A stretch of 64,000 bases of DNA, taken from NCBI GenBank assembly GCA_964406815.1, contig CAYOTC010000003.1, forward strand, positions 7,259 through 71,258, read 5' to 3'. The notes below the pieces were generated by a model. That model did no database searches. It had not been told where the DNA came from and was given only the letters and a program-made list of their open reading frames with translations. This document shows positions 29,363 to 39,809 of the stretch, one piece after another (position 1 is the first letter of the stretch; each line of letters opens with the position of its first letter). The translations under genes and the position numbers were made by a program. The DNA comes from an uncultured Bdellovibrionales bacterium (lineage in GTDB: Bacteria; Patescibacteriota; Minisyncoccia; Moranbacterales; UBA2206).

Positions 29363-29457
29363 TTCTCAGTGGAAATGCTATTGATATTATTTTGTCAAAG
29401 AGCCCGACTTCGGCTCATTATATATGTTTGCCTAGTTACCTCCTTTGGTAACACTCT

Positions 29458-29486
29458 ATACTAGCACAAAAAACGAAAAAAGTCAA
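29458..29486 (-). promoter_or_regulatory. Sigma70-type promoter for the two-gene unit
   Basis: TTGACT-17-TAGTAT on the minus strand. Confidence 0.6.
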
Positions 29487-29664
29487 TCGATATTATGGCT
29501 TAAATAAGGAATAAATATTTCTGTATATAAAGGAAGGAGAATTAAGGTGGAAAAAAATATGAGAAAAAACATATTTTTTGGCTTAAATTAAGCTAAAATA
29601 GGCAAAAATCAGACAAAAATGTCTGATTTTTGCCTAAAAATGCTTTATTTAAGGTATTTTTTAT

Positions 29665-29913
29665 AGATTCCGGACTAAATCCGGAATGACAACTTTTAGT
29701 GTATTTTAATAGGTGGTATTTATAAAAATGGCTTATTTATACTATTTATTATTATTTAACTAGCATTTTGTCATTCTGAACTAGTTTCAGAATCTTTTAA
29801 TTTATAAAAAATTTCTTTTTTTATCTTATAAATTAATAAAACTAACCTATTTCAGCTTTTTTTAAATAATTAAAAAATAAATTTTTAGATTCCGGATCAA
29901 GTCCGGAATGACA
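29665..29913. repeat. Three arms of the TGTCATTCYGRAC palindromic repeat family
   Basis: 29665-29691, 29769-29795, 29887-29913. Confidence 0.85.
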
Positions 29914-30042
29914 GGAATTATTTTTTCAATATAATTTGACATATTCAAAGGTTTTCTGCTAGAATCCGGTTGAAGGATAGTTACTGGAAGTTCGCTTGAA
30001 GCGAACTTTATTTATTAAATGGCTTAATTGCTGAATGGTTAT

Positions 30043-30429
30043 ATGGCTGAAAAGAGTGAAAAGAAATATCTTACACTAAATCAGATAGGAGCTTATAGAA
30101 AATCATTTAATTTATCTAATTACGGATGGGATATAATTTTCAAGTGGGATAATTTTTCTAAAAATACTATTGGAAGCCAATTTGTGAGATCATTAGATTC
30201 GATTTCTGCTAATATCGCCGAAGGATTTGGAAGGTACGGAAAGAAAGATAAGATAGTTTTTTATAGAATCGCCAGGGCATCGGTTTATGAATCATTGGAT
30301 TGGTTAGAAAAATCAAGAAGAAAACTTATCAAAGAGAAGGACTATGAATATATTTTTTCAATACTGCAAAATTTTCCGAAAGAAATAAATGCACTTATAA
30401 AATACACAAATAACAATTTATCAATATAA
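30043..30429 (+). CDS. Four-helix bundle protein (23S rRNA IVP/bAvd-like family)
   Basis: GSQFVRSLDSISANIAEGFGR..FYRIARAS..E; ATG at 30043. Confidence 0.9.
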   Translation: MAEKSEKKYLTLNQIGAYRKSFNLSNYGWDIIFKWDNFSKNTIGSQFVRSLDSISANIAEGFGRYGKKDKIVFYRIARASVYESLDWLEKSRRKLIKEKDYEYIFSILQNFPKEINALIKYTNNNLSI

Positions 30430-30450
30430 CCATTTAACAATTTATTTACT

Positions 30451-31806
30451 ATGCCAAGAAAAAAAACAACTGCAAAAAGCGAAGACCAGAATCCGGCGGG
30501 GAAAGTCGGGGATTTTGGAAGCGCGATCGCTCAAATTTGTGATGAAAAAGGGATCTCCAAGGACAAAGTAATCGAGACGATTGAAGCGGCTCTTTCCGCC
30601 GCCTATAAAAAAGATTATGGCAAGAAAGGCCAGAACATCAAAGCTATCTTCAATGAAGTCGATGGCAGCACCAAATTCTTTCTAGTGAAAGAAGTGGTGG
30701 ATGAAACGATGCGGGAATTTGTCGAGGAAGAAGAGGAGGAAGTGGAAAATGTAACTGAAGAAAAAAATAAGAAAGATGAAGAAAATATCTCCGAGACAGA
30801 AGAGGAGACTGATGAAGAAAAAATGCCTCGTTTCAATCCGGAACGCGATCTGACTGTTGAACAAGCGAAGGAATTGAAAGCTGATGCGGTGGTTGGAGAT
30901 GTTATTGAAATTGCTCTTCCGGAACAGAAAGATTACGGCCGTGTTGCAGCGCAGACTGCCAAGCAAGTTATTATTCAGCGGATCCGCGAAGCCGAAAGAG
31001 ATTCGATGTATGACGAATATAAGAACAAAGAAGGAGAAGTGATAAGCGGAGTGGTCCAAAGAATCGAAGGACGCAACGTTTTCATTGATTTGGGAAAATC
31101 TATCGGTGTGCTTTTCCCGGCGGAACAGATTGAACGGGAAAGCTATCGGATCGGACAAAGGATAAAAGTATATCTCCAAAAAGTTGATGCCGGATCAAAA
31201 GGTCCGGGCATTACTTTAAGCCGGACTAGTCCGGATATGATTAAGAAACTTTTCGAACTAGAGGTGCCGGAAATTTTTGCGGGAACGGTGGAGATAAAGT
31301 CTATTGCTCGGGAAGCCGGTGAAAGATCGAAAATTGCCGTTTCTTCAACTGAAGAGGGAATCGATCCGATTGGATCTTGTGTTGGACAAAAAGGCACCAG
31401 AGTGCAAGCGATAATCGATGAGCTTGGAGGAGAAAAAATAGACATCATTCTCTGGAATGATAACATTGCGAAATTTATTTCAGCAGCTCTTAGTCCGGCG
31501 AAAGTTTTGAAAGTCGATGTCAATGAAGCGACGAAGGAAGCGACGGTGGTTGTGCCGGAAGAACAGCTTTCATTGGCAATCGGAAAGCGCGGACAAAATG
31601 TTCGGCTGGCGGCTAAACTTACCGGTTGGAAAATCGATATTTCCGGAGCAACCATAAAAGGCGAGGAGGATGAAGAGATTAACGAAGAAGATTTGGACAA
31701 GATGATTGAGGAAGCGGAAGATGTTTCAGAAGAAAAAGAAGAAGTGAAAGAAGAGACAAAAAAAGAAGTTAAAGAAGAAATTGTTGAAGAAAAAACTGAA
31801 GAATAA
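30451..31806 (+). CDS. nusA: Transcription termination/antitermination factor NusA with acidic insert and tail
   Basis: GRVAAQTAKQV, AREAGERSKIAV, GSCVGQKG, LAIGKRGQNVRLAAKLTGWKIDI. Confidence 0.98.
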   Translation: MPRKKTTAKSEDQNPAGKVGDFGSAIAQICDEKGISKDKVIETIEAALSAAYKKDYGKKGQNIKAIFNEVDGSTKFFLVKEVVDETMREFVEEEEEEVENVTEEKNKKDEENISETEEETDEEKMPRFNPERDLTVEQAKELKADAVVGDVIEIALPEQKDYGRVAAQTAKQVIIQRIREAERDSMYDEYKNKEGEVISGVVQRIEGRNVFIDLGKSIGVLFPAEQIERESYRIGQRIKVYLQKVDAGSKGPGITLSRTSPDMIKKLFELEVPEIFAGTVEIKSIAREAGERSKIAVSSTEEGIDPIGSCVGQKGTRVQAIIDELGGEKIDIILWNDNIAKFISAALSPAKVLKVDVNEATKEATVVVPEEQLSLAIGKRGQNVRLAAKLTGWKIDISGATIKGEEDEEINEEDLDKMIEEAEDVSEEKEEVKEETKKEVKEEIVEEKTEE

Positions 31807-31885
31807 TAAATGTTCAAAATGTTTAAATTGTTGTAAGTGTTCTAAATGTTAGTGTTAATAATTTAATTAATTCATACCAAAACCT

Positions 31886-33874
31886 ATGGCAACGATATTT
31901 ATCCTGGGGGGAGCGGTAATGGCGATAATCTATGGCCTTACTCTCATCGAAAGTATCACCAAACTTCCGGAAGGAAATGAAAAGATGCGCTCAATCGCGA
32001 AAGCGATTCAGGAGGGCGCGAAAGCTTATCTTAATCGCCAATACAAAACAGTGGCGATAGTTGCAGCAGTATTGTTCGTGATAATTTGGTTAATTAAACC
32101 GCTCGGACTTTCAACCGCAGTGGCTTTCATCATTGGGGCTTTCCTTTCAGCATTGGCTGGATATATCGGAATGAATGTTTCCGTGAGAGCAAATGTAAGG
32201 ACAACGGAAGCAGCTCGAGGTGGAATGCAAAAAGCTTTGAATGTGGCTTTTCAAGGAGGAACCATAACCGGACTTTTAGTTGTAGGACTTGCACTTTTAG
32301 GAACAGCCGGTTTTTATTTCATAACCAGAGATATTCATGCTCTCGTCGGATTTGGATTCGGAGGATCATTGATTTCAATTTTTGCTCGTTTAGGAGGAGG
32401 AATTTTCACTAAAGCAGCGGATGTAGGAGCAGACTTAGTCGGAAAAGTGGAAGCAGGAATTCCCGAAGACGATCCGAGAAATCCAGCGGTTATTGCTGAC
32501 AATGTGGGAGATAATGTCGGGGATTGCGCCGGAATGGCAGCGGATCTTTTTGAGACATATTCAGTCACTTCAATTGCGACAATGATTTTGGGTGCGCTTA
32601 TTTTCGGCAATTATGCGGAAAGCGCTATTTTATACCCCCTGGTGCTTGGAGCAATTTCAATCATTGCTTCAATCATCGGAACTTTCTTTGTAAGACTGGG
32701 AAAGAAAAAAAATATAATGGGCGCTCTTTACAAGGGTCTTATCGCTTCGGGAATAATTTCCGCGGTAGCTTTTTATCCGGCGACTAAATATATAATGGAA
32801 GATAATGGAAAATACTCTAGTTTAAATTTATATTTTGCATCTCTTGTCGGATTAGTTGTGACTGGCGCAATGGTTATTATTACAGAATATTACACTTCGA
32901 CGAGCTATAAGCCGGTGAAAGATATTGCCAAAGCATCGCAAACCGGACACGGAACAAATGTTATTGCGGGACTTGCAGTTTCGATGAAATCGACTGCTTT
33001 GCCGATAATTGTGATTGTGGCAGCCACATTGATTTCTTTTGAACTTGCGGGAATATACGGAGTAGCGGTGAGCGCAATGGCGATGCTTTCGATGGCTGGA
33101 ATAATCGTGGCGATTGACGCCTACGGACCGATTACTGACAATGCTGGGGGAATTGCGGAAATGGCGGAACTGGGAGATGATGTGAGAGATATTACTGATC
33201 CATTAGACGCAGTCGGCAACACCACTAAGGCAGTAACTAAGGGTTATGCGATTGCCTCGGCGGCTTTGGCGGCTCTGGTTTTATTTTCCGATTTTACTCA
33301 TAAGATTGTTGGAGATGTGGAATTCTTAATCGATGATCCGAAAGTTTTGGCGGGACTTTTTATTGGTGGACTTTTACCTTATTATTTTGGCGCGCTTTCG
33401 ATGCAGGCGGTTGGCAAAGCGGCCGGGGCGGTTGTGGAAGAAGTGAGGAGCCAATTTAAAAACAAACCCGGAATAATGACGGGAACTGAGAAGCCTGATT
33501 ATGCTAGCGCAGTGGATATTGTGACGAAAGCTGCAATCAAAGAAATGATTATCCCGGCTCTTATTCCGGTAGTTGTTCCGATTTTAGTTTGGGCGCTTCT
33601 GGACATTCAAGGGTTGGGAGGTCTTTTGGTCGGAACGATTGTGACAGGAATATTTGTGGCAATCTCGATGACCAGTGGAGGAGGAGCTTGGGACAACGCC
33701 AAGAAATATATTGAAAAAGGAAATTTTGGCGGCAAAGGTTCATTTGCTCATCAAGCGGCCGTGACCGGAGACACTGTCGGCGATCCATACAAAGATACAG
33801 CCGGACCAGCCATTAATCCAATGATAAAAATCGTTAATATTGTAGCTCTTCTCATTGTCGGTTGTTTGCTCTAG
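31886..33874 (+). CDS. hppA: Membrane H+-translocating pyrophosphatase, K+-independent type
   Basis: [35 protein letters not shown] (Lys at the K+-determinant position), [11 protein letters not shown]. Confidence 0.95.
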   Translation: MATIFILGGAVMAIIYGLTLIESITKLPEGNEKMRSIAKAIQEGAKAYLNRQYKTVAIVAAVLFVIIWLIKPLGLSTAVAFIIGAFLSALAGYIGMNVSVRANVRTTEAARGGMQKALNVAFQGGTITGLLVVGLALLGTAGFYFITRDIHALVGFGFGGSLISIFARLGGGIFTKAADVGADLVGKVEAGIPEDDPRNPAVIADNVGDNVGDCAGMAADLFETYSVTSIATMILGALIFGNYAESAILYPLVLGAISIIASIIGTFFVRLGKKKNIMGALYKGLIASGIISAVAFYPATKYIMEDNGKYSSLNLYFASLVGLVVTGAMVIITEYYTSTSYKPVKDIAKASQTGHGTNVIAGLAVSMKSTALPIIVIVAATLISFELAGIYGVAVSAMAMLSMAGIIVAIDAYGPITDNAGGIAEMAELGDDVRDITDPLDAVGNTTKAVTKGYAIASAALAALVLFSDFTHKIVGDVEFLIDDPKVLAGLFIGGLLPYYFGALSMQAVGKAAGAVVEEVRSQFKNKPGIMTGTEKPDYASAVDIVTKAAIKEMIIPALIPVVVPILVWALLDIQGLGGLLVGTIVTGIFVAISMTSGGGAWDNAKKYIEKGNFGGKGSFAHQAAVTGDTVGDPYKDTAGPAINPMIKIVNIVALLIVGCLL

Positions 33875-33977
33875 GATTTTTTAACGCATAGGGATTTGAG
33901 TTTTTGCAAATCATTATTTTGTTTTTATTATGGCGGAGTAGAAAAGAAATAATCCATTAAATTAATCAATAAAGAAA

Positions 33978-35261
33978 ATGATAAAAAAATTGCCGAAATC
34001 TAAAATAGAAATAGAGCGGGAAATCGCTTGGAAAGATTGGGAAAATTATATCAATCAAGCAGTGGCGGAAATATCGGAAGAGTTTAAATTCCCGGGATTT
34101 CGTCCGGGGAAAGCTCCGAGAAATCTTGTCGAGCAACGTGTCGGGAAAGAAATGATTCTCAATAATGCGGCGGAAAAAGCGATTCGGAAAGATTATGTTG
34201 ATTTTGTCGTGAAAGAAAAAATTGAAACGATTGGAAATCCGGAGGTTGAAATAAAAAAAATTGAAGAAGGTAATGAGCTTGTTTATTCTGCCAAAGTCGA
34301 TGTGATGCCGGAAGTTGAATTGAAAGATGAATACAGGGAAAAAATGAAGAAAATAAATCAGGAATATGAAGACAAAACTCCGGAAGCGGATGAAGAAGAA
34401 TTGAAGCTTGAATTGGAAAGATTGGCAAACAGTCGAGCGAAATTGGTGACAGTGAATCGCGAAGCGAAAAACGGGGATGCGGTTGTAGTGGATTTTTCCG
34501 TGAGTGTCGGCGGGGCAGTAATTGAAGGCGGAACCAGTAAAGATCATTCTTTGATTATCGGAAAAGGAGTTTTTATTCCCGGCTTTGAAGAAAATATTAT
34601 CGGAATGAAGTTGGATGATGAAAAAGAATTCGAACTTAATTTTCCGAAAGATTATCACAAGAAAGATTTGGCGGGGGTTTTGGCAACCTTCAAGGTGAAA
34701 ATGAAACTTGTCCAAGAGAGGCAGATTCCGGAGATTAATGACGAATTTGCCAAGTCGCTCGGAAAATTTGAAAATCTTGAAGCGCTCAAAAATAATATGC
34801 GCGATGGGATGAAGCACGAGAACGAACATAAAATCAAAGAAGAGAAAAATGCGAAATTTGTAGAAGCGATGGTTTTAAGTCTGGAAGGAGAAATTCCGGA
34901 AGCGTTGATTGCTCAGGAATTGGATAAGATGCTTCATGAATTCGAATATCAAATTCAATCAATGCAAATGAATTTGGACGATTATTTTTCCAAGATTGGA
35001 AAAACCAAAAAAGATATTGAGAAAGAGTGGGAACCGCAGGCGATAAAAAGAGTGAAATCCGCCTTGGCTCTCCGAGAAGTTGCCAAAAAAGAAGAAGTAA
35101 AAGCAACCTCTGAAGAAGTGGAAGCTGAAATGAATAAGACTTTGCAATACTACAAAAATGTCAAAGATTTCGAGAAGAATATTGATATGGAAAGATTGTA
35201 TAACTATTCGAAGTCTATTTTGGAAAATGAAAAAGTTTTCCAGATATTGGAAAAGATGTAA
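33978..35261 (+). CDS. tig: Trigger factor
   Basis: PGFRPGKAP, FIPGFEE, FPKDYH; upstream of clpP. Confidence 0.96.
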   Translation: MIKKLPKSKIEIEREIAWKDWENYINQAVAEISEEFKFPGFRPGKAPRNLVEQRVGKEMILNNAAEKAIRKDYVDFVVKEKIETIGNPEVEIKKIEEGNELVYSAKVDVMPEVELKDEYREKMKKINQEYEDKTPEADEEELKLELERLANSRAKLVTVNREAKNGDAVVVDFSVSVGGAVIEGGTSKDHSLIIGKGVFIPGFEENIIGMKLDDEKEFELNFPKDYHKKDLAGVLATFKVKMKLVQERQIPEINDEFAKSLGKFENLEALKNNMRDGMKHENEHKIKEEKNAKFVEAMVLSLEGEIPEALIAQELDKMLHEFEYQIQSMQMNLDDYFSKIGKTKKDIEKEWEPQAIKRVKSALALREVAKKEEVKATSEEVEAEMNKTLQYYKNVKDFEKNIDMERLYNYSKSILENEKVFQILEKM

Positions 35262-35313
35262 ATGTTATTATTGAAGAATTAAAATTTTTCAATAATTTAT
35301 TAAAATTAATTTT

Positions 35314-35898
35314 ATGAAAAATCAATATCTTATTCCGACGGTCATTGAAAAAACTAGTTATGGCGAGCGGGTTTATGATATCTATTCCAGACTTCTTAGG
35401 GATCGCATTATATTTCTTGGCGGACCGATTGACGACGGTGTAGCTAATAGTATTATTGCCCAGTTACTTTTTTTGGATTCGCAAAATTCAAAAGAAGATA
35501 TAAAAATCTATATCAATTCTCCCGGCGGACAAGTGACTTCGGCTTTGGCGATATATGATACGATGCAATATGTGAAAGCGGATGTTTCCACGATTTGTAT
35601 CGGCATGGCGGCTTCTGCGGCGGCGCTTCTTCTTGCAGCCGGAGAAAATGGAAAAAGGATAATCTTGCCGAACGGGGAAGTGATGATCCATCAGGTGATG
35701 GGTGGAACGCAAGGACAAGCGACTGATATAGATATCCACGCCAAACATATTTTGAGTATCAAAGAACGCTTGAATGAAATTCTTTCGAAGCATACCGGAC
35801 AAACGCTTTCAAAAGTTTCAGCGGACACGGAGCGTGATTATTTCATGAGCGCGATGGAAGCCAAAAAATACGGCGTAGTGGATAAGATTATAAAATAG
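35314..35898 (+). CDS. clpP: ATP-dependent Clp protease proteolytic subunit
   Basis: [34 protein letters not shown]. Confidence 0.98.
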   Translation: MKNQYLIPTVIEKTSYGERVYDIYSRLLRDRIIFLGGPIDDGVANSIIAQLLFLDSQNSKEDIKIYINSPGGQVTSALAIYDTMQYVKADVSTICIGMAASAAALLLAAGENGKRIILPNGEVMIHQVMGGTQGQATDIDIHAKHILSIKERLNEILSKHTGQTLSKVSADTERDYFMSAMEAKKYGVVDKIIK

Positions 35899-35963
35899 AT
35901 TTTTCTTGAATAAATAAAAAACCGCTTAAATAAGGCGGTTTTTTTAAATATGGTCTTTGGCTA

Positions 35964-35992
35964 TTGACATAAGTGATATTGTATGATATAAA
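35964..35992 (+). promoter_or_regulatory. Sigma70-type promoter
   Basis: TTGACA-17-TATAAA with extended -10 TG. Confidence 0.6.
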
Positions 35993-36061
35993 TGTTGGTT
36001 ATTCTATTTTGGGTAATGTGGATTTCTTTAAAAAAATAATAAAAAATTAAGGAGAGAAAAA

Positions 36062-36847
36062 ATGAAAAAAATGCTCACAGTTTTAGTAGTATTGGCAATG
36101 ATGGGATTGTTGGTTGGTTGTAATGATGAAACAAAAAATGTAACAACAGAATCTTCGACCTATGTGACGACAATAGAATCATCTGAGAGTGAGGAAGTAA
36201 TAGAATATTCTATTAATAAAAATCCTAACACCGATGATCCAGCAGTGGGAATGTTTCAGGTTTGGGATGGTATTTGGCATTCTATTTCAGCTGAAATAGA
36301 TGGCACAATAGTTGTTATATTGTATTCAACGGACCTTGGAGTCGATCAAGAAGACGGGTTCATGATTGAATTTAATGGTGGACCATATTTCATCCCAGAA
36401 GGAGAGCCTTTGAGGCTTCTTTCGGGTCATCAGTATGACCTTTTTGTTTCCCGCGTTTTTAATACAGACAGAGGTTTGGTCGTGGGAAGTGGAGAATTTT
36501 TTTCAATTAATCCGGACGGAGAATATTATCCGGATGAGACATTTGATCTCGAAACAATTGGCGAAATATATACATTTTTGTATGCGCCAAAGTTAAGAGT
36601 TAATTTGTCTACTGCCAGTCTGACAGTTTTTTCGGATGGTTTGCCAGACGACGTAAAAGTACGATTCGATTCTATAGTTGACGATATGGAATCTATTGTG
36701 AATTATATTGATTTGGCAGATGAGACTATAACTTTACCTGAGGATAATTGGTACAATTCAATTTTTGCTCAGGCGAGAATCTATGATGTCAAAAATAACC
36801 GAGTGATAGTTACAGAATCGGTTAAAGCATCATATCGAATAAAGTAG
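36062..36847 (+). CDS. Acidic lipoprotein, hypothetical
   Basis: MKK..LLVGC lipobox; SD aaggag; own terminator. Confidence 0.75.
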   Translation: MKKMLTVLVVLAMMGLLVGCNDETKNVTTESSTYVTTIESSESEEVIEYSINKNPNTDDPAVGMFQVWDGIWHSISAEIDGTIVVILYSTDLGVDQEDGFMIEFNGGPYFIPEGEPLRLLSGHQYDLFVSRVFNTDRGLVVGSGEFFSINPDGEYYPDETFDLETIGEIYTFLYAPKLRVNLSTASLTVFSDGLPDDVKVRFDSIVDDMESIVNYIDLADETITLPEDNWYNSIFAQARIYDVKNNRVIVTESVKASYRIK

Positions 36848-36967
36848 TTTCAAAGCCCCGCTTAAAATATAAGCGGGGCTTGATTTTTTTAAAAATTATA
36901 TTTGACAAAAAACAGAAAATGGAGTATCAAGGTTAGTATTATAAATATATTTTTAGGAGGATATAGG

Positions 36968-37360
36968 ATGAGAAAATTTGTTCTTTTTATGGCAACACTG
37001 GCAATTGTTTCGTGGAGTGTGGCTTCCCAAGCAGATGTACACCTTATAACTTATTTGTGCGGTTTTTACAGCACAGTGAATGGTGAGTGTCATATTACCA
37101 ACTCCAAAGTTGGAGAAAAAAAATGGATAATCAGTAAGGATGCCGAAATCTTTCTAGATGGAAAGAAATCCTCACTTGCAGACCTTGAAGGTAAGTCATT
37201 AGTTGTAGAAATTTATTTTATGGTCGCTCCGAGGGAAAATGCTAAAGATAGATATGAGGCGATTGTTATGAAGGCGACAGCTGTTTCCAAGGAGGATGCG
37301 GAGGCTGGTATTGTCGTGAAAACAATAAACTTAGAATTGGAGCCAAATATAGAGAAATAA
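36968..37360 (+). CDS. Secreted hypothetical protein (paralog 1)
   Basis: Signal peptide; CGFYSTVNGE.HITNSK, LDGKKSSLADLEGK; SD aggagg. Confidence 0.8.
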   Translation: MRKFVLFMATLAIVSWSVASQADVHLITYLCGFYSTVNGECHITNSKVGEKKWIISKDAEIFLDGKKSSLADLEGKSLVVEIYFMVAPRENAKDRYEAIVMKATAVSKEDAEAGIVVKTINLELEPNIEK

Positions 37361-37539
37361 AAAATATTTTTCTCCAATTCTATTTTAAAGACCCGTAGTT
37401 TTGATTAACCAACGGGTCTTTGTTTTTTATTATCTCAAAGTATCAAATATGTTTTTGTCATTACAAATTTATATTTGACAAAAAACGAAAAATGGCGTAG
37501 TAATATTAACATTAAAAACATTTTAGGAGGATATTGAAG

Positions 37540-37929
37540 ATGAAAAAAATAGTTCTTTTTATGGCAATGCTGATGATTGCTTCGTGGGGAGCGATTTCCC
37601 ATGCAGATCCGACATTGATAAGGTATGTGTGCGGTTTTTATAGCACAGTGAATGGCGAAGGTCACATTACTAACTCTAAAGGTGGAGAAGATGACTGGAG
37701 GATCAGCAAAGACGTCGCCATTTATTTGGACGGCAAAAAATCTTCACTTGCCGATCTTGAAGGCAAACCTTTAAGTATAAAAATAGAATTTACATTCACT
37801 ACAGTCAACAATAAAGATGATCATGAAGCAGTTGTTATGAAAGCAAGAACTGTTTCGAAAGAAGAGGCAGTATCCGGCGTTGTGCTAGCACAAGATAAAT
37901 TATCCTGGAATATAATCAGAGAAGAATAA
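37540..37929 (+). CDS. Secreted hypothetical protein (paralog 2)
   Basis: Same motifs as 36968-37360; SD aggagg. Confidence 0.8.
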   Translation: MKKIVLFMAMLMIASWGAISHADPTLIRYVCGFYSTVNGEGHITNSKGGEDDWRISKDVAIYLDGKKSSLADLEGKPLSIKIEFTFTTVNNKDDHEAVVMKARTVSKEEAVSGVVLAQDKLSWNIIREE

Positions 37930-38007
37930 TGCTTCTCTCAGGTTAAAATTTAAAGACCCGTATATCGTTTACGGGCCTTTTTTTATTACAAAAGTTTTTT
38001 AGATTTT

Positions 38008-39570
38008 TTAATTTTGCAAAGTGAAAATCAAGCTGTCTCCAGTAATCTCTTTTGGTTTTTCAATTTCCATTAGTTCCAAAATGGTGGGAGTAATATCACT
38101 CAGTATCCCTTCGACTCTGATTGGACTTTCTGGATTTTCTGTTTCAGAATGATTTTCTCCAGTAATAAGCCAGAGCGGAACGGGGTTGGTGGAATGCTCA
38201 GTATCCGGTTCGCCGGTTTTTCTGTTTATCATTTCTTCGGCATTACCATGATCGGCAGTAACCAATAAGCAACCTTTTTGGTGCAAGACTTCCTGGATAA
38301 GTTTTCCGAGGCATTCGTCTACAGTTTCAATAGCTTTTATGCCAGCTTTTAAATTTCCAGTATGTCCAACAATATCAGCATTGGCATAATTAATTAAAAT
38401 AAAATCGTATTTATTTTCTTTAACAAAATTAATCACTTTTTCGGTTATTTCGAAAGCACTCATTTCCGGCGCCTCAACGAAAGTCGCTACATTTTTTGAA
38501 GGAACTATGACACGATCCTCTCCTGGAAATGGTTCTTCTTTTCCTCCGTTGAAAAAATAAGTTACATGGGCAAATTTTTCAGTTTCAGAAATGCGAAGTT
38601 GTCTTTTATTATGCTTGCTTAAAATTCCTCCAAGACATTCTTTAATTTCAATTGGAGGATAGGCAACTTCAGTCGGAAGATCGGCTTCATATTCTACCAT
38701 CGAAACGAAAAGAAGATTTTTAATTTCTTTTCTTTCGAATTTATTAAATCCCGGCAAGACAAAAGCCTTGGTTATTTGTCTGGCGCGGTCTTCTCGGAAA
38801 TTAAAGAAAATTATCGCATCGTTGTCGCTTATCTTAGTCAGTGGCTTGCCATCTTTCAAAATAACAGCCGGTTCGATATATTCGTCGAATACTTCTCTTT
38901 TATATGACTCCTCAAGATATTTTATCGGATCTTCTATCTGTTCTCCTTCACCGGAAACCATTGATTTGTAAGCTTTTTCAATCCGGTCCCAGTTGTTATT
39001 TCGATCCATCCCGAAATATCTTCCGCCAAGCGTGGCAATTTTTCCGATTCCATATGTTTTTAAGCGTTCTTCGAGTTCTCGAATGCATTCCACATCCGCA
39101 GTCGGTGAAGAATCACGTCCATCAGTGAAAATATGCAAAAAAACATTTTCCGCTTTCTGGTCGCGCATAAGTTCTAGCATGGCATAAAGATGGTCGGTAG
39201 TCGAATGGATTCCACCTTTTCCCAACAGTCCCATTATATGAAGATTGGAAGAATTTTTTTTAGTGTGTTCGATGGCTTTCAAAAAAGATGGATTTTTGAA
39301 AAAATTTCCGCTTTGGATATCCAAAGTGATGCGTGGCATATTTTGGTAAATAACCTGTCCGGTTCCGAGCGAAATATGTCCAACCTCCGAATTTCCCGGT
39401 TCTCCCCAAGGAAGCCCGACGGAAATACCGGAAGCTTGGATAGCTATATGTGGATAAAAACTATTTAACTTATCGGCGGTAGGAGTATTAGCTTCAAGGA
39501 CTGCGTTACCTTTTTCTGCTTCTCCTATCCCCCAACCATCTAAGATTACTAAAATAACTGGTTTATACAT
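38008..39570 (-). CDS. gpmI: 2,3-bisphosphoglycerate-independent phosphoglycerate mutase
   Basis: LDGWG, GNSEVGH, DGRD, GRYFGMDR, ETEKFAHVT, DIVGHTG, TADHGNAE. Confidence 0.97.
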   Translation of the reverse strand: MYKPVILVILDGWGIGEAEKGNAVLEANTPTADKLNSFYPHIAIQASGISVGLPWGEPGNSEVGHISLGTGQVIYQNMPRITLDIQSGNFFKNPSFLKAIEHTKKNSSNLHIMGLLGKGGIHSTTDHLYAMLELMRDQKAENVFLHIFTDGRDSSPTADVECIRELEERLKTYGIGKIATLGGRYFGMDRNNNWDRIEKAYKSMVSGEGEQIEDPIKYLEESYKREVFDEYIEPAVILKDGKPLTKISDNDAIIFFNFREDRARQITKAFVLPGFNKFERKEIKNLLFVSMVEYEADLPTEVAYPPIEIKECLGGILSKHNKRQLRISETEKFAHVTYFFNGGKEEPFPGEDRVIVPSKNVATFVEAPEMSAFEITEKVINFVKENKYDFILINYANADIVGHTGNLKAGIKAIETVDECLGKLIQEVLHQKGCLLVTADHGNAEEMINRKTGEPDTEHSTNPVPLWLITGENHSETENPESPIRVEGILSDITPTILELMEIEKPKEITGDSLIFTLQN

Positions 39571-39809
39571 ATTTTTCTTATTTATCTTTTATAGAAATTT
39601 TCCTAAGGCAATAACTGGATATAATAATACCACTTTAAGCCGTCTTTGACAAAAATCTTTTGCTGTAATAGTATTTAGTAAGAATATAATTTATTAAAAA
39701 CTAGTCTGGTTATATTGATAAACAAGTCAGAAAAAGCATAAAAAGCCTTATCTTAGACAAAATTATAATAATGAGCTTATGATTTATCAATCGAACAGAA
39801 AAAAAACAT

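Noticed and set aside
29599-29636. 17-bp perfect inverted repeat (also 51925-51960) as transposon ends
   Set aside because: The arms are adjacent with no enclosed gene or target duplication; more likely terminators or operators
30043-30429. Diversity-generating retroelement (Avd-like protein)
   Set aside because: No reverse transcriptase and no template/variable repeat pair seen in the window
33966-34829. Long antisense ORFs (also 9857-10531, 31143-31817, 40239-41000)
   Set aside because: Shadows of tig, the 9593 gene, nusA and rny, with Phe/Ser-rich composition
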